Virus genome (UHGV): UHGV-0067872
Strand: one strand, 5' to 3'
DNA: 39,401 nucleotides
From: a virus
Both the position numbers and the translations under genes were made by a program. Below the pieces are notes generated by a model. It searched no databases and was not told the DNA's origin. It saw nothing but the letters and a program-made list of their open reading frames with translations. Of the stretch, positions 38,123 to 39,401 are shown piece by piece (the stretch's first letter is position 1; the number at the start of each line of letters is the position of its first letter).

Positions 38123-39280
38123 TCACTCCACCTTTTCATCAAGCCAGTCCGCCCACCACTGCATCATTTCTCTGCGCTTATCGAGATACTGCGCATGGTT
38201 GTAAATACCGCGCACAGATCCGCCGTTGGCATGTGCCAGTTGCATTTCAATAGCATCAGCAGGCCATTCGTTCTCGTTCATAATCGTGCTGAATTCATGC
38301 CTGAATCCGTGACCGCTTTCCAGACCCTCATAGCCGATTTGTTTGATCACAAGCAATACCGCGTTCTCGCAGATTGGCTTCTTCTTATCGTTGCGCCCGG
38401 CAAAAACAAACTCTGATACTGGTTTGGTGATTGAGCTTAGCGTAGTGAGAAGCTCAACCACCTGGTCTGACATAGGAACAACATGAATCTTGCGGCCCTT
38501 CATCACACTGGCGTCGATGGTGATAATCCTGTTATCAAAATCGACGTTCTTCCATAGCATGGAACGAAGCTCTTTTGTTCTTAGGGCTGTGTAGCGTAAA
38601 ACTTTGGTCGCAATGAGCGATACGATACTTCCTGAAAATGTTGCCAGTGCTTTGTTGAATGCCGGGATCTGGTCTGCAGGAAGAAACGGGAAGTTCTTCT
38701 TGCGGTACCCCTTCATGGCGTCAGCAAGGTCAGGTGCCGGGTTATATTTAGCCCTGCCGGTGACAATAGCGTAACGGAAAACCTCGCCGCATCTTCTGCG
38801 GGCTTTATTTGCTCGCTCCATTGCACCGCGATCTTCAAATCTGCGGATTACTTCCAGCAGTTGCATCGGCTCAATCTCCTGAATTTCAAGGCCGCCGATG
38901 ATAGGTAAAATGTCGTCATCAAACATTTTTGCAAGTTCAGTCGCATACCCTACTGACCATACTTGCTTCTTGTGCTCGTACCATTCCTTGTAAATCGCAC
39001 TAAAGGAATTGTTGTTAGACGAAGCCTTTTTCGCCTTTACCGGATCGATGCCAACCGAGATGTCTTTCCTCGCAGTCCATGCCTTATCCCTTGCCTCCTG
39101 CAAAGTCATTAGCGGATATTTTCCTACGGTCAGGATTTTCTCCTTACCGTCAATCTTGTAGCGAAGCTGCCATACCTTTTTCCCGGATACAGGGACATAA
39201 AGGTACAGGCCATTACCATCGAGAAGGCGGTATGGTTTTTCTTTCGGCTTTGCTGCTTCAATCTGCTTAACAGTGAGCAT
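38123..39280 (-). CDS. int: Tyrosine integrase
   Basis: Track ORF 38123..39316 (GTG); I prefer ATG 39280 giving MLTVKQIEAAKPKEKPYRLLDGNGLYLYV; C-terminal HGFRHEF...IYNHAQY catalytic region. Confidence 0.9.
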   Translation of the reverse strand: MLTVKQIEAAKPKEKPYRLLDGNGLYLYVPVSGKKVWQLRYKIDGKEKILTVGKYPLMTLQEARDKAWTARKDISVGIDPVKAKKASSNNNSFSAIYKEWYEHKKQVWSVGYATELAKMFDDDILPIIGGLEIQEIEPMQLLEVIRRFEDRGAMERANKARRRCGEVFRYAIVTGRAKYNPAPDLADAMKGYRKKNFPFLPADQIPAFNKALATFSGSIVSLIATKVLRYTALRTKELRSMLWKNVDFDNRIITIDASVMKGRKIHVVPMSDQVVELLTTLSSITKPVSEFVFAGRNDKKKPICENAVLLVIKQIGYEGLESGHGFRHEFSTIMNENEWPADAIEMQLAHANGGSVRGIYNHAQYLDKRREMMQWWADWLDEKVE

Positions 39281-39325
39281 GGGTAAAAATCCGGTGGGTA
39301 AAATTATTTTATCCACTTTTTACCC
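39281..39325. repeat. Three TTTTACCC octamers (two on minus, one on plus) just upstream of int
   Basis: GGGTAAAA at 39281-39288 and 39296-39303; TTTTACCC at 39318-39325; same octamer as the tandem repeat at 114-137. Confidence 0.55.
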
Positions 39326-39401
39326 GTCATGGAGTGCGGCTGTCAACGATCTGACGCGAACCATTACGAACTGTGAATCTACGGAAGGCTTGATATTCAG
39401 G

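Overview
The window reads as an essentially complete temperate lambdoid phage or prophage genome (about 39.4 kb) from an enterobacterial host, apparently linearised between int and xis. All calls rest on motif recognition and my recollection of phage lambda, P22 and Sf6 proteins; no searches were run. Gene order: xis-like and early accessory genes (minus strand), a RecT recombination module, cIII-like, N, PL/OL and nutL, cI with a co-transcribed membrane protein, OR, cro, nutR, cII, O with ori iterons, a DnaC-type helicase loader, a nin region (ninB, ninE-like, ninF-like, ybcO-like, rusA, ninH), Q, PR'/qut, tR', the S-R-Rz/Rz1 lysis cassette, a moron locus, then an Sf6/P22-like podovirus morphogenesis block (TerS, TerL, portal, scaffold, coat, gp4, gp10, tail needle, gp14, ejection proteins gp7/gp20/gp16), an immI-like regulatory island, a tailspike and a tyrosine integrase. 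cII, Q, S, R and the C-terminus of N look near-identical to lambda as I remember it. I found no rRNA, tRNA or CRISPR array. There is no large classical defence operon; the candidates for something new are small accessory insertions. The strongest are: (i) an AT-rich HNH-AP2 homing-endonuclease cassette inside the PR'-to-tR' leader, (ii) small membrane proteins co-transcribed with the repressor at both immunity regions, (iii) AT-rich unknown morons between N and cIII, in the nin region and after the lysis genes (one with a DUF2829/Tad2-like domain), and (iv) an ORF-free structured segment between tR' and S.
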